Assembly: GCA_043767805.1 (NCBI GenBank)
Contig: JAYUGC010000169.1
Span: 1 to 21,878 of the forward strand
DNA: 21,878 nt
DNA from: Pseudomonadota bacterium
GTDB taxonomy: Bacteria; Bdellovibrionota; FAC87; UBA2466
Direction: 5' to 3'
This document shows positions 1-11,688 of this stretch, piece after piece. The notes under the pieces were generated by a model. It was given only the letters and a program-made list of their open reading frames with translations, searched no databases and was not told where the DNA came from. The stretch's first letter is position 1; each line of letters starts with the position of its first letter. Made by a program: the position numbers and the translations under genes.

Positions 1-999
1 GCGCGAGACCGCACGCGGGCGTGTAAATCGCCGTGCCGAGGATCTGAGCCACCAAAGGTGGATCGTCCTGCAAATGCGCTTCGAACGTTTCGAGCAAACG
101 CTCGAGCAGGAGCTCAGGGCGATGCGAGCGGATTTTGACCGCGTGTCCTCCGGTCGGCACCACCCCCAAAGCGAGGCGTCCGCCGCCCAGGATGAACGTG
201 CGCAAAGCTTCCTGAAAGGTCAGCAAAAGATTCAGAGACAAGTTCGTGTCGATGGAGAGCACGTCGAGCGGAAGACTGAGAATGGAGGCCCAGTCCGTAT
301 TGCTGCAGCAATGAATGCCGACCAGCGCGCCTTCGCGACGAAGCGTCTGTAAGAAAAGGCGCAATTCCTGTAGCGCCATCGCATGGCGGGGATTTTTCGC
401 GGAGAAGCCGTAGAAACCGGGCTCGTCCAAGAAGAGAAGCGGTTGCACGCCGCTCACCTTCATGCGCCGGACCATGGCGATGGCGCGCGCGAGCACCAGA
501 CGAAACACCTGAGTGCCCACTTCGGGATTGCGATCCGCGAATCCCCCGTCGGTAAAACGAAGCGCCCACTGCGCCGTCATCGGACCGGACACCTGGATCT
601 TGGCGAAATGAATGTCTCGTTCTTCGAGCTCGTACAGAAACGGCTTCCAGCAGCTAAACGACTCAGGCGAAGGCTCGAAAGACTCGAACGCCGTTTGGTT
701 CTTTTCCCCGTCCCGAAACGCGGTCTCGAGCTTGGCCGCGAGCGCCAGCGCTCCCTTTTCCCAGGAAGCGAGATCGAGCGTCACATAGCCGGCCTCCCCT
801 TCCACCACGCCCGGCATGCCATCGATGGCCTGGGCGATCATGAACTCGCGGGGATTTCGGATGGGCACCTGCGGGAGAAACGGAATGCTCAGCGAGAACG
901 AAAAATTCAGAGCCGCGTCCACGAAGGCGTGGGGGAGACTACCGATTCCCGTCGTCAAAAGCCCTTTGGGCGCCGTCTGCCATCCTTTTGCCGGTCCAC

Positions 1000-1003
<4 letters not shown>
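1..1003 (-). CDS. Cobalamin-independent methionine synthase catalytic-domain-like protein (MetE core / URO-D-CIMS superfamily), 3'-partial
   Basis: Not in the ORF track because there is no stop inside the window. Hand translation from ATG at 1003 gives MSGPAKGWQTAPKGLLTTGIGSLPH...IPFLPQVP...KIQVSGPMT...LFLDEP...VGIHCCSNTDW...LSID...LALGVVPT...YTPACGLA. The TTGIGSLP, DEP, HxC and PxCGL motifs are typical of this Zn-dependent family. The start overlaps the metH stop (ATGA, 1000-1003). Confidence 0.88.
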
Positions 1004-4527
<3,524 letters not shown>

Positions 4528-4645
4528 TTTGTTCTCGTTCGGCAAGTTACCAGAATGCTTAACCGATTCGAGCCCACACCACCACCGTTTTTACCTCGGA
4601 AGCGGGGCTCAATGGAAGGGTCGCCCCTGCCGTTAACCTAACCGT

Positions 4646-5668
4646 ATGGATCAGATCCAAAGACGCATAGCATTAATCTGGTGTCTCGTCGCGGGTCTCA
4701 CCGCGGCGCACGCCGACGTCTCGGGTCCGTACGCCCCTATCTTCTCACAATGGGAAAGCCCCAGCCGGGAGGAAGTGGGCGCTTACAAAACCCGCAAGTT
4801 CATCGAGAGCGCGGAACGCTCCCTCCTTTTGGGGCCTTCCGATACCGTCTCGGCGAGCACTTGCCGGCGGACCCTGGTGCTATCCGAGTTTCTGGACGAA
4901 GCAGAGCTGAAGCGCCCCGCCCCTCCGGCCGAAGCGGTGGTGCTCGCCGCGCCGGTAACCCAGCCCTTGGACGCCTTTCGCGCCATCCGCGCCACCACTC
5001 TGGGTCGCGCGATTCTCAAAAAGTTTCTGCCGAAGTACGGCACCGAGATCAAAGTCGAGATGAGTGACACGCGCTCTATTCGGGATGAGTCCCAGAGCGC
5101 CGCCCTCGCCTTCTACGATCCGGTGCGCCGGTTGATTCGCATCCAAAGAGACGTCGAAGTGGGCATGGTGGCGTTCGTACTACTCCACGAGATCATCCAC
5201 TCGCTCGATCGCGATTACGGCAACGCGATCCAAAAACAGAGCAAAGTCCGCGAGGCGTTCGACGCGGAAGTGGATCGCGTGGCGGGGCTTGCCGCGACGA
5301 AATTCCGCAAGCGCCCGGACCAGCTCGCGCAATCCGACATCCCTCCCGAAGATCTGCAGCGGCTCTCCAAACTAAAGCGCTCCATGGATCAGATGCAGGA
5401 CATTCAGATTTTCCGCGCGGAGCGCTTCGCCTACGACGCCTCCTACGACATCTGGAAACAGCTCGCTCAGATGTACCCCGACTACTACAAGGGACGTCAG
5501 GGGCGGGATCTCGCAGGCGAAGCAAAGATTAATTTAAAGGGCGAGCCCGTCTTCTACGATGACGATCACATCGTGCATATCAACAACCTCAATCCTGTGT
5601 ACATTCAGAAGTACAAAGAGGGAAGGTGCGTGCCGTGGAGCGGATCGCTCAAGGCCTCGCCTCGCTAG
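4646..5668 (+). CDS. Exported protein with HEXXH motif (putative Zn metallopeptidase)
   Basis: 340-aa ORF with signal peptide (RRIALIWCLVAGLTAAHA/D), AFYDP..RLIRI strand followed by VLLHEIIHSLD, and a downstream AERFAY that could supply a third ligand. Confidence 0.7.
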   Translation: MDQIQRRIALIWCLVAGLTAAHADVSGPYAPIFSQWESPSREEVGAYKTRKFIESAERSLLLGPSDTVSASTCRRTLVLSEFLDEAELKRPAPPAEAVVLAAPVTQPLDAFRAIRATTLGRAILKKFLPKYGTEIKVEMSDTRSIRDESQSAALAFYDPVRRLIRIQRDVEVGMVAFVLLHEIIHSLDRDYGNAIQKQSKVREAFDAEVDRVAGLAATKFRKRPDQLAQSDIPPEDLQRLSKLKRSMDQMQDIQIFRAERFAYDASYDIWKQLAQMYPDYYKGRQGRDLAGEAKINLKGEPVFYDDDHIVHINNLNPVYIQKYKEGRCVPWSGSLKASPR

Positions 5669-6743
5669 CGTCCGTCTTGGTGACGAACACCGTGCGCGTG
5701 GGATAGGCGAAGTCGATCTCCGCTTTCTCGAACGCCGAGAAGAGGTCCAAGTTCACCGACTGCTGCGTGTCCATGTAGGTCAGATTATCGGGGCGGCGAA
5801 TCCAGTAGATGACTTCGTAATCGAGGGACGAGTCCCCATAATTGTAGAAGTGCGCCCGGTCGAAGCGCGCCTGCTCCTGCTTGCCCACGACCTCCGCCAC
5901 TAGCTTCGGAATTGCCCGGAGCTGCTCAACCTTGGTCTGATAGGTCACACCGAAACGAAGCACCACCCTCCGCTCGTTCATGCGCCGGAAGTTACGGATG
6001 CGGCTTTGCAAAAGATCCGAGTTCGGAAACGAAAGCTCTTCGCCCGAAGTGCTGCGGATGCGCGTGGTCTTTAGCCCGATGCGCTCGATGGTGCCGGAGT
6101 CGGGCCCCACCGTAATCGAATCTCCCTGCACGAAGGGCTTATCCAAAATGATGCTGATGGAGGAAAACAGATCGCTCAGGATCTTTTGAGAAGCCAGACC
6201 GATGGCCACGCCGCCGATCCCCAAACCCGCGATGAGCGTCGTTACGTTGACGCCCATATTGTCCAAAGCAAACAGCGACAGCGCCACCACGACGATGAGC
6301 TTCAGTAGACCGCTGGCCGCCCGCAAAGTCCCGGCCTTGTCGGCATCTCCATCCGCGCTGCGGGTCGCGTAATCCTCGACGAGATACTGAATGATGAAGT
6401 TCGCCCAGATGGCGGCTTGATACAGGAAGACCAGGACCAGAAGTTTCTGAACGAGGCCCGCGACCGACGGGCTAAGCGTTAAAAAGCGCGCGCCGAACCA
6501 AACGCTGAGCAGAAAGAGAAAGCTGGTCTTCGTGCTCCGTAGAATGTACTCGCCGATTTTTTCCCAATTGGCGTGGCCCAACCCGCGCAGCAGTGGCAAA
6601 CGCCGGCGAAGCAGCCGACGCAGCACCTTCAGCCCGAAGAAGAGGAGGACCATGACGGAAAAAGAAAAAATCCAGGCTTGCAGCGAGTTGCCGTACACCA
6701 CCTTATCCAGGAACAAGAGAATTTTTTCCAAGGTCATCTCCAT
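5649..6743 (-). CDS. Small-conductance mechanosensitive channel (MscS family)
   Basis: TTLIAGLGIGGVAIGLASQKILSDLFSSISIILDKPFVQGDSI, GTIERIGLKTTRIRS..GEELSFPNS and IDFAYPTRTV motifs, plus extra N-terminal TM helices. AAGGAG lies 9 nt upstream of the ATG at 6743. Confidence 0.95.
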   Translation of the reverse strand: MEMTLEKILLFLDKVVYGNSLQAWIFSFSVMVLLFFGLKVLRRLLRRRLPLLRGLGHANWEKIGEYILRSTKTSFLFLLSVWFGARFLTLSPSVAGLVQKLLVLVFLYQAAIWANFIIQYLVEDYATRSADGDADKAGTLRAASGLLKLIVVVALSLFALDNMGVNVTTLIAGLGIGGVAIGLASQKILSDLFSSISIILDKPFVQGDSITVGPDSGTIERIGLKTTRIRSTSGEELSFPNSDLLQSRIRNFRRMNERRVVLRFGVTYQTKVEQLRAIPKLVAEVVGKQEQARFDRAHFYNYGDSSLDYEVIYWIRRPDNLTYMDTQQSVNLDLFSAFEKAEIDFAYPTRTVFVTKTDASEARP

Positions 6744-7759
6744 CGGGACTTACTCCTTCGGGCGAAATGGCTCCACAACTTGGGGAGCAGAGGCGAAATC
6801 TCACCGGACAAATTCCTCAGGCGCACTTTATCGCGAGCGTCGGTAATCTCGCCGACGACGGCGGCGGGCAACTTCTTTTTCGCAAGCGCTGCCTGCACTT
6901 TCGGCCAGTGCTTCGCCGAAACCGTATAGAGAAGACTGAAATCCTCGCCGCCAAAAAGGGCCCAAGCGCGCGCGTCCGATTGCACGGCCCGCTCCACTTT
7001 TAAAAGCTCTTTCGTGATGGGAAGCTTCCCCTCGTCGAGAAGGGCCCCGACGCGAGAGGCCTCCGTGATCCGGTACAAATCACGGGTAAGACCGTCGCGC
7101 ACGTCCACCAGGGCGGTAACCGCCCCGGTCGCCACCAACGCAGCCGACTCCGCGAGCCGCGGCGCCGGCGTCAAATGCGCGCGGAAGGACGTCTCGTGCC
7201 GAAAAGCTTCCGAGCGGCCCATGCGTTTCAAGACCGCGAGCCCCGCCGCCGACGAGCCCACGGGACCGCTCAACACTAAAAGGTCGCCGGGCTTCGCGCC
7301 TTCGGGAGAAAAATGCCGCCCAGCCACCTGACCGACGACGGTCACCGAGATCGTCGTGCCCGAAGGAGAGGCCGTGGAACTTTCCGCGACTAAATCCATG
7401 TCCCAAGTGCGGGCGAGCTTCGCCGCTCCGGCCATGAGCTCCGCCACGAAAATCTCGCCCTGCTCCTGCTTGAGGCCCAAGGCCATCACTCCATAGAGGG
7501 GGCTCGCTCCGGCGGCGGCCAGCGCGCTGAGCGCGACGGCGAGCGCTTTGTGCCCGACTTCTCGAGGCGTGGTGTAGGTGAGATCGAAATGAATGTCTTC
7601 CACGAAGAGCGTGGTCTGAAGGCCAATCCGCCCGCGAGGCGAATCGAGGACCGCGCCCCCCTCCCCGAAATTCGCGATGACCCGGCGGGAAGGCCGGCCG
7701 AGCTCTGCTCGCATTTGGTTTTTCAGTTCCTGGCCGTCGAAAAAGCGAAGGGCTTCCAT
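6734..7759 (-). CDS. Thiamine-monophosphate kinase (ThiL)-like protein with degenerate active site
   Basis: Collinear with ThiL (FVEDIHF, GHKALAV.LS.LAA.GA.P, GAKPGDLLVLSGPVG.S.AGL, D..DGL.RDL..I.EAS.VG, ALFGGEDF.LL.T, WSHF), but several canonical Asp/Asn motifs are substituted (see findings). ATG at 7759 preferred over GTG at 7780. Confidence 0.85.
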   Translation of the reverse strand: MEALRFFDGQELKNQMRAELGRPSRRVIANFGEGGAVLDSPRGRIGLQTTLFVEDIHFDLTYTTPREVGHKALAVALSALAAAGASPLYGVMALGLKQEQGEIFVAELMAGAAKLARTWDMDLVAESSTASPSGTTISVTVVGQVAGRHFSPEGAKPGDLLVLSGPVGSSAAGLAVLKRMGRSEAFRHETSFRAHLTPAPRLAESAALVATGAVTALVDVRDGLTRDLYRITEASRVGALLDEGKLPITKELLKVERAVQSDARAWALFGGEDFSLLYTVSAKHWPKVQAALAKKKLPAAVVGEITDARDKVRLRNLSGEISPLLPKLWSHFARRSKSRWR

Positions 7760-7951
7760 AAAGTGGAAACACGATACCACCGGGCGCGGGCCGCAGGCAA
7801 AAACCTCGGCGATTTCGCCACTTAGAGGAGTATTCCGCGAGTGTCCACTCTCCCGTCAGCCTAAGCCCCCGGCTCCATGAGGCTTTCGGCTATCCCCCGC
7901 GGCCTGGCTAGGGTGTCGTCACTTCGAAGCCCCAACCTAGGCTGGAGGCCG

Positions 7952-7967
7952 TGGTCTCCAGCTTGCA
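7952..7967 (+). promoter_or_regulatory. Putative sigma54 (-24/-12) promoter
   Basis: TGGTCTCCAGCTTGCA has GG-N10-GC spacing with TTGCA and lies about 70 nt upstream of the ATG at 8040. Confidence 0.55.
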
Positions 7968-8039
7968 ATCTGAACCCCTTACGACATCCGGGACGCCGTT
8001 GAAGCGAAGCTTCAACGCTGCCCCACAGGAGTACGCACC

Positions 8040-8300
8040 ATGGGTTATCTCAAACTTGGCTTGGCCTTAGCTCTCACCTTCTCCGGCGCGGTCCACGCGG
8101 CGGGTAAGCGCAAAGCCAACTGCAACGTGGAGCTCATCAAGGAGGCGAGCGCGAGCTCGATTCAGATCTCCTTCGAAGCCGATAGCCAGGAAGAGTGCGA
8201 GCGCGCGAAGGGCCCTGAAGTAAAGACGGACTACTCGGGTCCGGCTTCCGATCTCAAACCTTTGCCCGGGCCTGTGCCCGCGCCTCCCAAAAAGAAGTAA
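8040..8300 (+). CDS. Small exported hypothetical protein (86 aa, two Cys, Pro/Lys tail)
   Basis: AGGAG SD before the ATG, signal peptide (YLKLGLALALTFSGAVHA), upstream sigma54-like promoter. Confidence 0.75.
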   Translation: MGYLKLGLALALTFSGAVHAAGKRKANCNVELIKEASASSIQISFEADSQEECERAKGPEVKTDYSGPASDLKPLPGPVPAPPKKK

Positions 8301-8538
8301 TCAATCTCTAGAAACTGAGTGGAGATTCCCTCGGGGTGCCCTTGCTTTACGAGTAGCTTGAGTCGCATAGGCTGTGCTCTTGATTCCAGTGTATCGCAAA
8401 GCGGTATCCACCCGAGCCCAAAAGTGACCTTTCGCCCGTGTTCCGCGCGAATACTCCTATCGTCGACAAAATCCGATTTGAGTCGGCGGTTCGCTCACTT
8501 GCGCGAGCCTACCGGCCGAGCGCGGCCCGTGCCCTTTT

Positions 8539-8554
8539 TGGCTCGAACCGTGCT
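8539..8554 (+). promoter_or_regulatory. Putative sigma54 (-24/-12) promoter
   Basis: TGGCTCGAACCGTGCT has GG-N10-GC spacing. The predicted TSS (about 8565) falls just before GGAGGG (8569-8574) and TTG 8583. Confidence 0.5.
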
Positions 8555-8582
8555 CTTCAAGTGTCGGCGGAGGGTCGCTTCC

Positions 8583-9155
8583 TTGTTAGGTGCCGTTAGA
8601 ATCCTGTTTGCCTCTCTAGTTTTCACGACGAGCCTGGTGTTCGCCGACTCGCCTTCCTTGTGCCGTCTCGACTTTCACACCGAGTGCGAGCCGGTGTCCC
8701 CCACGACGAAGCTTAGCGAAACCCAACGCTTAAATTTCCAGATTTGGTCCACTCGTTACTCCGCTCTCGGGGAAATGGGTGAAGCGGTCGTTCTCGCCCT
8801 TTCCGATCTGCCGCAAGCCGTGCGCCACGTGATCTTTTTGGACGGCGGCAGAGTGCTCTCTCGCGAACAGGCGAAAATCCGGGTGCGCAGCCTCGGCGGA
8901 AACCCCGACACGCATCCCGTCTGGAAGGCGCTCTTTGCCGTCATGGGAAACGCCTTCGGCGGCGAACGGAAATTTTATGCGGGGCTGGAGCTCGCCATTC
9001 ACCGGCTCATCGTGTCCGATCCGGGGCGGCTCGCTGCCCTTCGGCGAGACATGGCGTCGACGGAAACCCTCACCCGCGATGAGGCAGAAACCAAAACGCC
9101 AAAAGAGCCACGAGCGTCGGCGCTAGAGCCCCGAAAAAAAGACCAAGCGGGCTAA
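8583..9155 (+). CDS. Exported hypothetical protein (about 190 aa)
   Basis: 3' part of track ORF 8319..9155. In-frame TTG at 8583 follows a GGAGGG SD and encodes a signal-like N-terminus (RILFASLVFTTSLVFA/DS). The 3' end overlaps the convergent antiporter gene by 86 nt. Confidence 0.5.
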   Translation: MLGAVRILFASLVFTTSLVFADSPSLCRLDFHTECEPVSPTTKLSETQRLNFQIWSTRYSALGEMGEAVVLALSDLPQAVRHVIFLDGGRVLSREQAKIRVRSLGGNPDTHPVWKALFAVMGNAFGGERKFYAGLELAIHRLIVSDPGRLAALRRDMASTETLTRDEAETKTPKEPRASALEPRKKDQAG

Positions 9156-10371
9156 TGCCCTTTTTCCCGAAGCTGGGTTGCAGCACGGAAAAGCCAATTG
9201 GGTTGGGAGCATTGGCGATTACCGTCAGTCCCCCTCCCACGACCGCGCCGGAGACGAGGGAATGCTTCATTCCTTCGGTCAAGGTCGGCACCTGAGATCC
9301 GAGGAAGGTCAGCGCGGCGTTGTCGGTCACGGCGGTCAAGATCACGGCGCCGAGATAGAGCTTCACTTCGTTCAAGCTTTCGAGCAGAGGTTTTAACCAC
9401 CAACCTTGAAGGGAGCCCAAAACCACGAGACCCGCCAAGAAGAATCCGACGAGCAAACCTTGCCTGAGCTTCAATGGGTTTTGGTACTCCCTCGTCACGG
9501 CGACCAAACCCAGAAAGAAAAGAAATACGCCCAGAAAAGCCAGCGGATGATGCGCGTAATGGACGACAGCGGCCAAAAAGACCAGGTGAATCAGAGAAAG
9601 AGAAAAAGGCGTGGCGTTCGTTTTTCTGGTCTTCTTTTCCGCCTTCGGAAAATAGTTGAAGCCGTAGGCCGTGGCGGCTCCCGCATTGATCACCACGGCA
9701 ACGATGGACTGCCAGCCGAAGTTTTCGAACATGTAGGCAAAGTCCCAATTCCATTTGGCGGCGACCATCAAGACGGGTGGCGCGGCGTAAGGAGTCAATA
9801 CGCCTCCGATGGAGACGTTGACGAAGAGCACTCCCAAAGTGAGGTAGAGAAACTTCGTATGGCCGACCTTATCGAAAAATCGTTCTTTCAGCAGAAGCGC
9901 GGTCACGGTCATGGCGGCGGGCTCGGTGATGAAACTGCCGAGCAGTGGCCCAATGATGAGGGCCGACACATAGAAGGAGGCCGCGCCAGGGAGCGGAACG
10001 AGTTTCGCCACGCCGGAAATAAGAAGCTCCGCGACGAAGAGCACGGGCTTCGTTGACGCCATGACGAGAATCACGAAAACGAAAGCGGGCTCGGTGAAAT
10101 TCGAGCTTTCCAGAAAGTGCAGCGCTTGGGCCTCACCGAGAAGAAGGGCAATGCCGAGGCATAGCACCGCCGCCCATAATCCGAATACGACTTCCACTTC
10201 GCCCAGGAAGTGAAAAACGTTTTCGCCGAGGGACCCCGAAGCATAATGCGACGCGATGCTTTGAAAATAGCTCACCAAAAAGGTGTGAACGATCGCTAAA
10301 CCGAAGAGAACCACCGCCAATATTTCGACCGTTCGCGTCAAGTGAGATCCTTTGTATTCAGTTCCGCGCAT
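9070..10371 (-). CDS. Putative Na+/H+ antiporter (DUF1504 / Na_H_antiport_3 type, ion transporter superfamily)
   Basis: Polytopic membrane protein with HFLGEVEVVFGLW, NFTEPAFVFVI, GPLLGSFITEPAAMT, LFVNVSIGG.LTPYAAPPVLMVA, TDNAALT and GGGLTVIANAPNP motifs. Confidence 0.88.
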   Translation of the reverse strand: MRGTEYKGSHLTRTVEILAVVLFGLAIVHTFLVSYFQSIASHYASGSLGENVFHFLGEVEVVFGLWAAVLCLGIALLLGEAQALHFLESSNFTEPAFVFVILVMASTKPVLFVAELLISGVAKLVPLPGAASFYVSALIIGPLLGSFITEPAAMTVTALLLKERFFDKVGHTKFLYLTLGVLFVNVSIGGVLTPYAAPPVLMVAAKWNWDFAYMFENFGWQSIVAVVINAGAATAYGFNYFPKAEKKTRKTNATPFSLSLIHLVFLAAVVHYAHHPLAFLGVFLFFLGLVAVTREYQNPLKLRQGLLVGFFLAGLVVLGSLQGWWLKPLLESLNEVKLYLGAVILTAVTDNAALTFLGSQVPTLTEGMKHSLVSGAVVGGGLTVIANAPNPIGFSVLQPSFGKKGISPLGLFFGALAPTLVALLAFWFLPHRG

Positions 10372-10458
10372 CTTAGCACAGGCACGATTGACGAGCGCAG
10401 GGCGTCGATAGATTGCTGAAGCACTGGGTTACCAAATGTTAGTGGGGGGTTTACGTTA

Positions 10459-11574
10459 ATGCGCAAAGTAAGTGCTCGGCTCCGTCTCTTCGGAGCTCTT
10501 GTCCTCGTCTCTCTCTTCACCGTCCCGGCCCGCGCCGACATCCTGAACGGCTTCGAGCTGTTCCCGATTCTCGATCAGCAGCAGACTTGGGAGGCGTCCA
10601 CGCCGATCGCCTCGGAAGTGAAAAACCAAAAACGTTTCCCGTATTGCGGTCTCTTCGCCATGGCGACGTTCCTCGAAATCTGGGGCGACGCCACTCGCAC
10701 GGGTTATCTTTTCCCGCCCATCGACGAGTCTTACCTGAGCCTCGCGTATAACCGCGTGGTCGGAAGCCCCGCCATGGGCACGAGCCCCACCTGGCTCACG
10801 GTCACCACGGCCATCTTCGGCGCGATCCCCAAAGGATCGAAGATCGAGGTCGCCAACACGCAGTGGCCCATTTTGAATTGGCGCAAAGAGAACATGAAGC
10901 TCGTTGACACGAAGGTGTCCGATCCCATGCTCACCGCCAAATATGTCTTCGGCCGTCAGCGCCAGGAGTTCACCGGCCCTTCTTTCTTGAAAGAGGTCGT
11001 TCGTATCGACATGCGTAACTTCATCGGCATTCACACCGATTACGAAGAACAAACGACGAGAAACGCGCCGCCGAACGACGAAGAGCCGGTCGACGTCCGC
11101 TTGCGCCTCGGAGACGTCGAAAGCACCGCGAAGAACATGCAGCTCCTCGCCCAGAAGATGGGAACGGACACGCGCATGGGCGTCGTGAAGCCGGACGTCC
11201 TCTACAAGGCGACCATCGCGCAGCTCAGCTCTCGGCATCCCGTGTACCTCGCCATCAACGCGGCTTTGACCAAGGACAAGTTCCATAAGTACGGCGTCAT
11301 CACCGACTCCGACTTGTCTCCGGTCGGTCAGGGCGCGAACGGCCCGCACGCGGTAGTCGCGGTCGCTCATTGCGACAAGAACAACTCGGTCGATAAGATC
11401 TGCGCTCGTTTTAACCGTTACATGGATCAGAGAGCGGTCAGTGAGTGCATCGCGGTTCAAAACAGCTGGGGCCCGGACTCCAACGAGAAGGGTTACTTCT
11501 GTCTCGCGCCGGACGCTTGGAAGCGCGTGGCTCAGTCCATCCTGCTCGACAAGACGCTCATCAAGCAAAAGTAA
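10459..11574 (+). CDS. Secreted papain-like (C1 family) cysteine peptidase
   Basis: Signal peptide (..VPARA/D), VKNQKRFPYCGLFA (Gln-x5-Cys as in papain), GPHAVVAV (His) and VQNSWGP...KGYF (Asn). Confidence 0.85.
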   Translation: MRKVSARLRLFGALVLVSLFTVPARADILNGFELFPILDQQQTWEASTPIASEVKNQKRFPYCGLFAMATFLEIWGDATRTGYLFPPIDESYLSLAYNRVVGSPAMGTSPTWLTVTTAIFGAIPKGSKIEVANTQWPILNWRKENMKLVDTKVSDPMLTAKYVFGRQRQEFTGPSFLKEVVRIDMRNFIGIHTDYEEQTTRNAPPNDEEPVDVRLRLGDVESTAKNMQLLAQKMGTDTRMGVVKPDVLYKATIAQLSSRHPVYLAINAALTKDKFHKYGVITDSDLSPVGQGANGPHAVVAVAHCDKNNSVDKICARFNRYMDQRAVSECIAVQNSWGPDSNEKGYFCLAPDAWKRVAQSILLDKTLIKQK

Positions 11575-11603
11575 GTCGTTTAAGTCTGAGAGTGCTTCTC
11601 AGC

Positions 11604-11636
11604 CGCCGGGTCCTTCGGGGCCCGGCGCTTTTTTTT
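11604..11636 (+). terminator. Rho-independent terminator
   Basis: CGCCGGGTCC-TTCG-GGGCCCGGCG stem (one G-U pair) followed by C and T8, 30 nt after the C1 peptidase stop. Confidence 0.9.
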
Positions 11637-11688
11637 GGCTTCTCGCGAATCATTTGACTCCATGCGACAGACTAGCTAACCCTTGGCC

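Noticed and set aside
4528..4645. Possible SAM or cobalamin riboswitch upstream of metH
   Set aside because: The gap is only about 120 nt, shared with a divergent gene, and I could not recognise S-box or B12-box consensus. An Rfam covariance search would settle it.
7760..7950. Possible TPP riboswitch upstream of the ThiL-like gene
   Set aside because: No recognisable THI-box core (CTGAGA ... GATAATGC..GCG.AGGGA) on the minus strand.
8231..8368. Short minus-strand ORF MRLKLLVKQGHPEGISTQFLEIDYFF...
   Set aside because: About 45 codons, no clear SD, and half of it is antisense to the better supported 86-aa gene.
8319..8582. N-terminal 88 codons of track ORF 8319..9155
   Set aside because: Ser/Arg/Cys-rich non-protein-like sequence that contains the promoter and SD for the 8583 start.
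10456..11568. 370-aa minus-strand ORF mirroring the C1 peptidase
   Set aside because: Codon-register antisense shadow; the plus strand has the signal peptide, catalytic residues and terminator.
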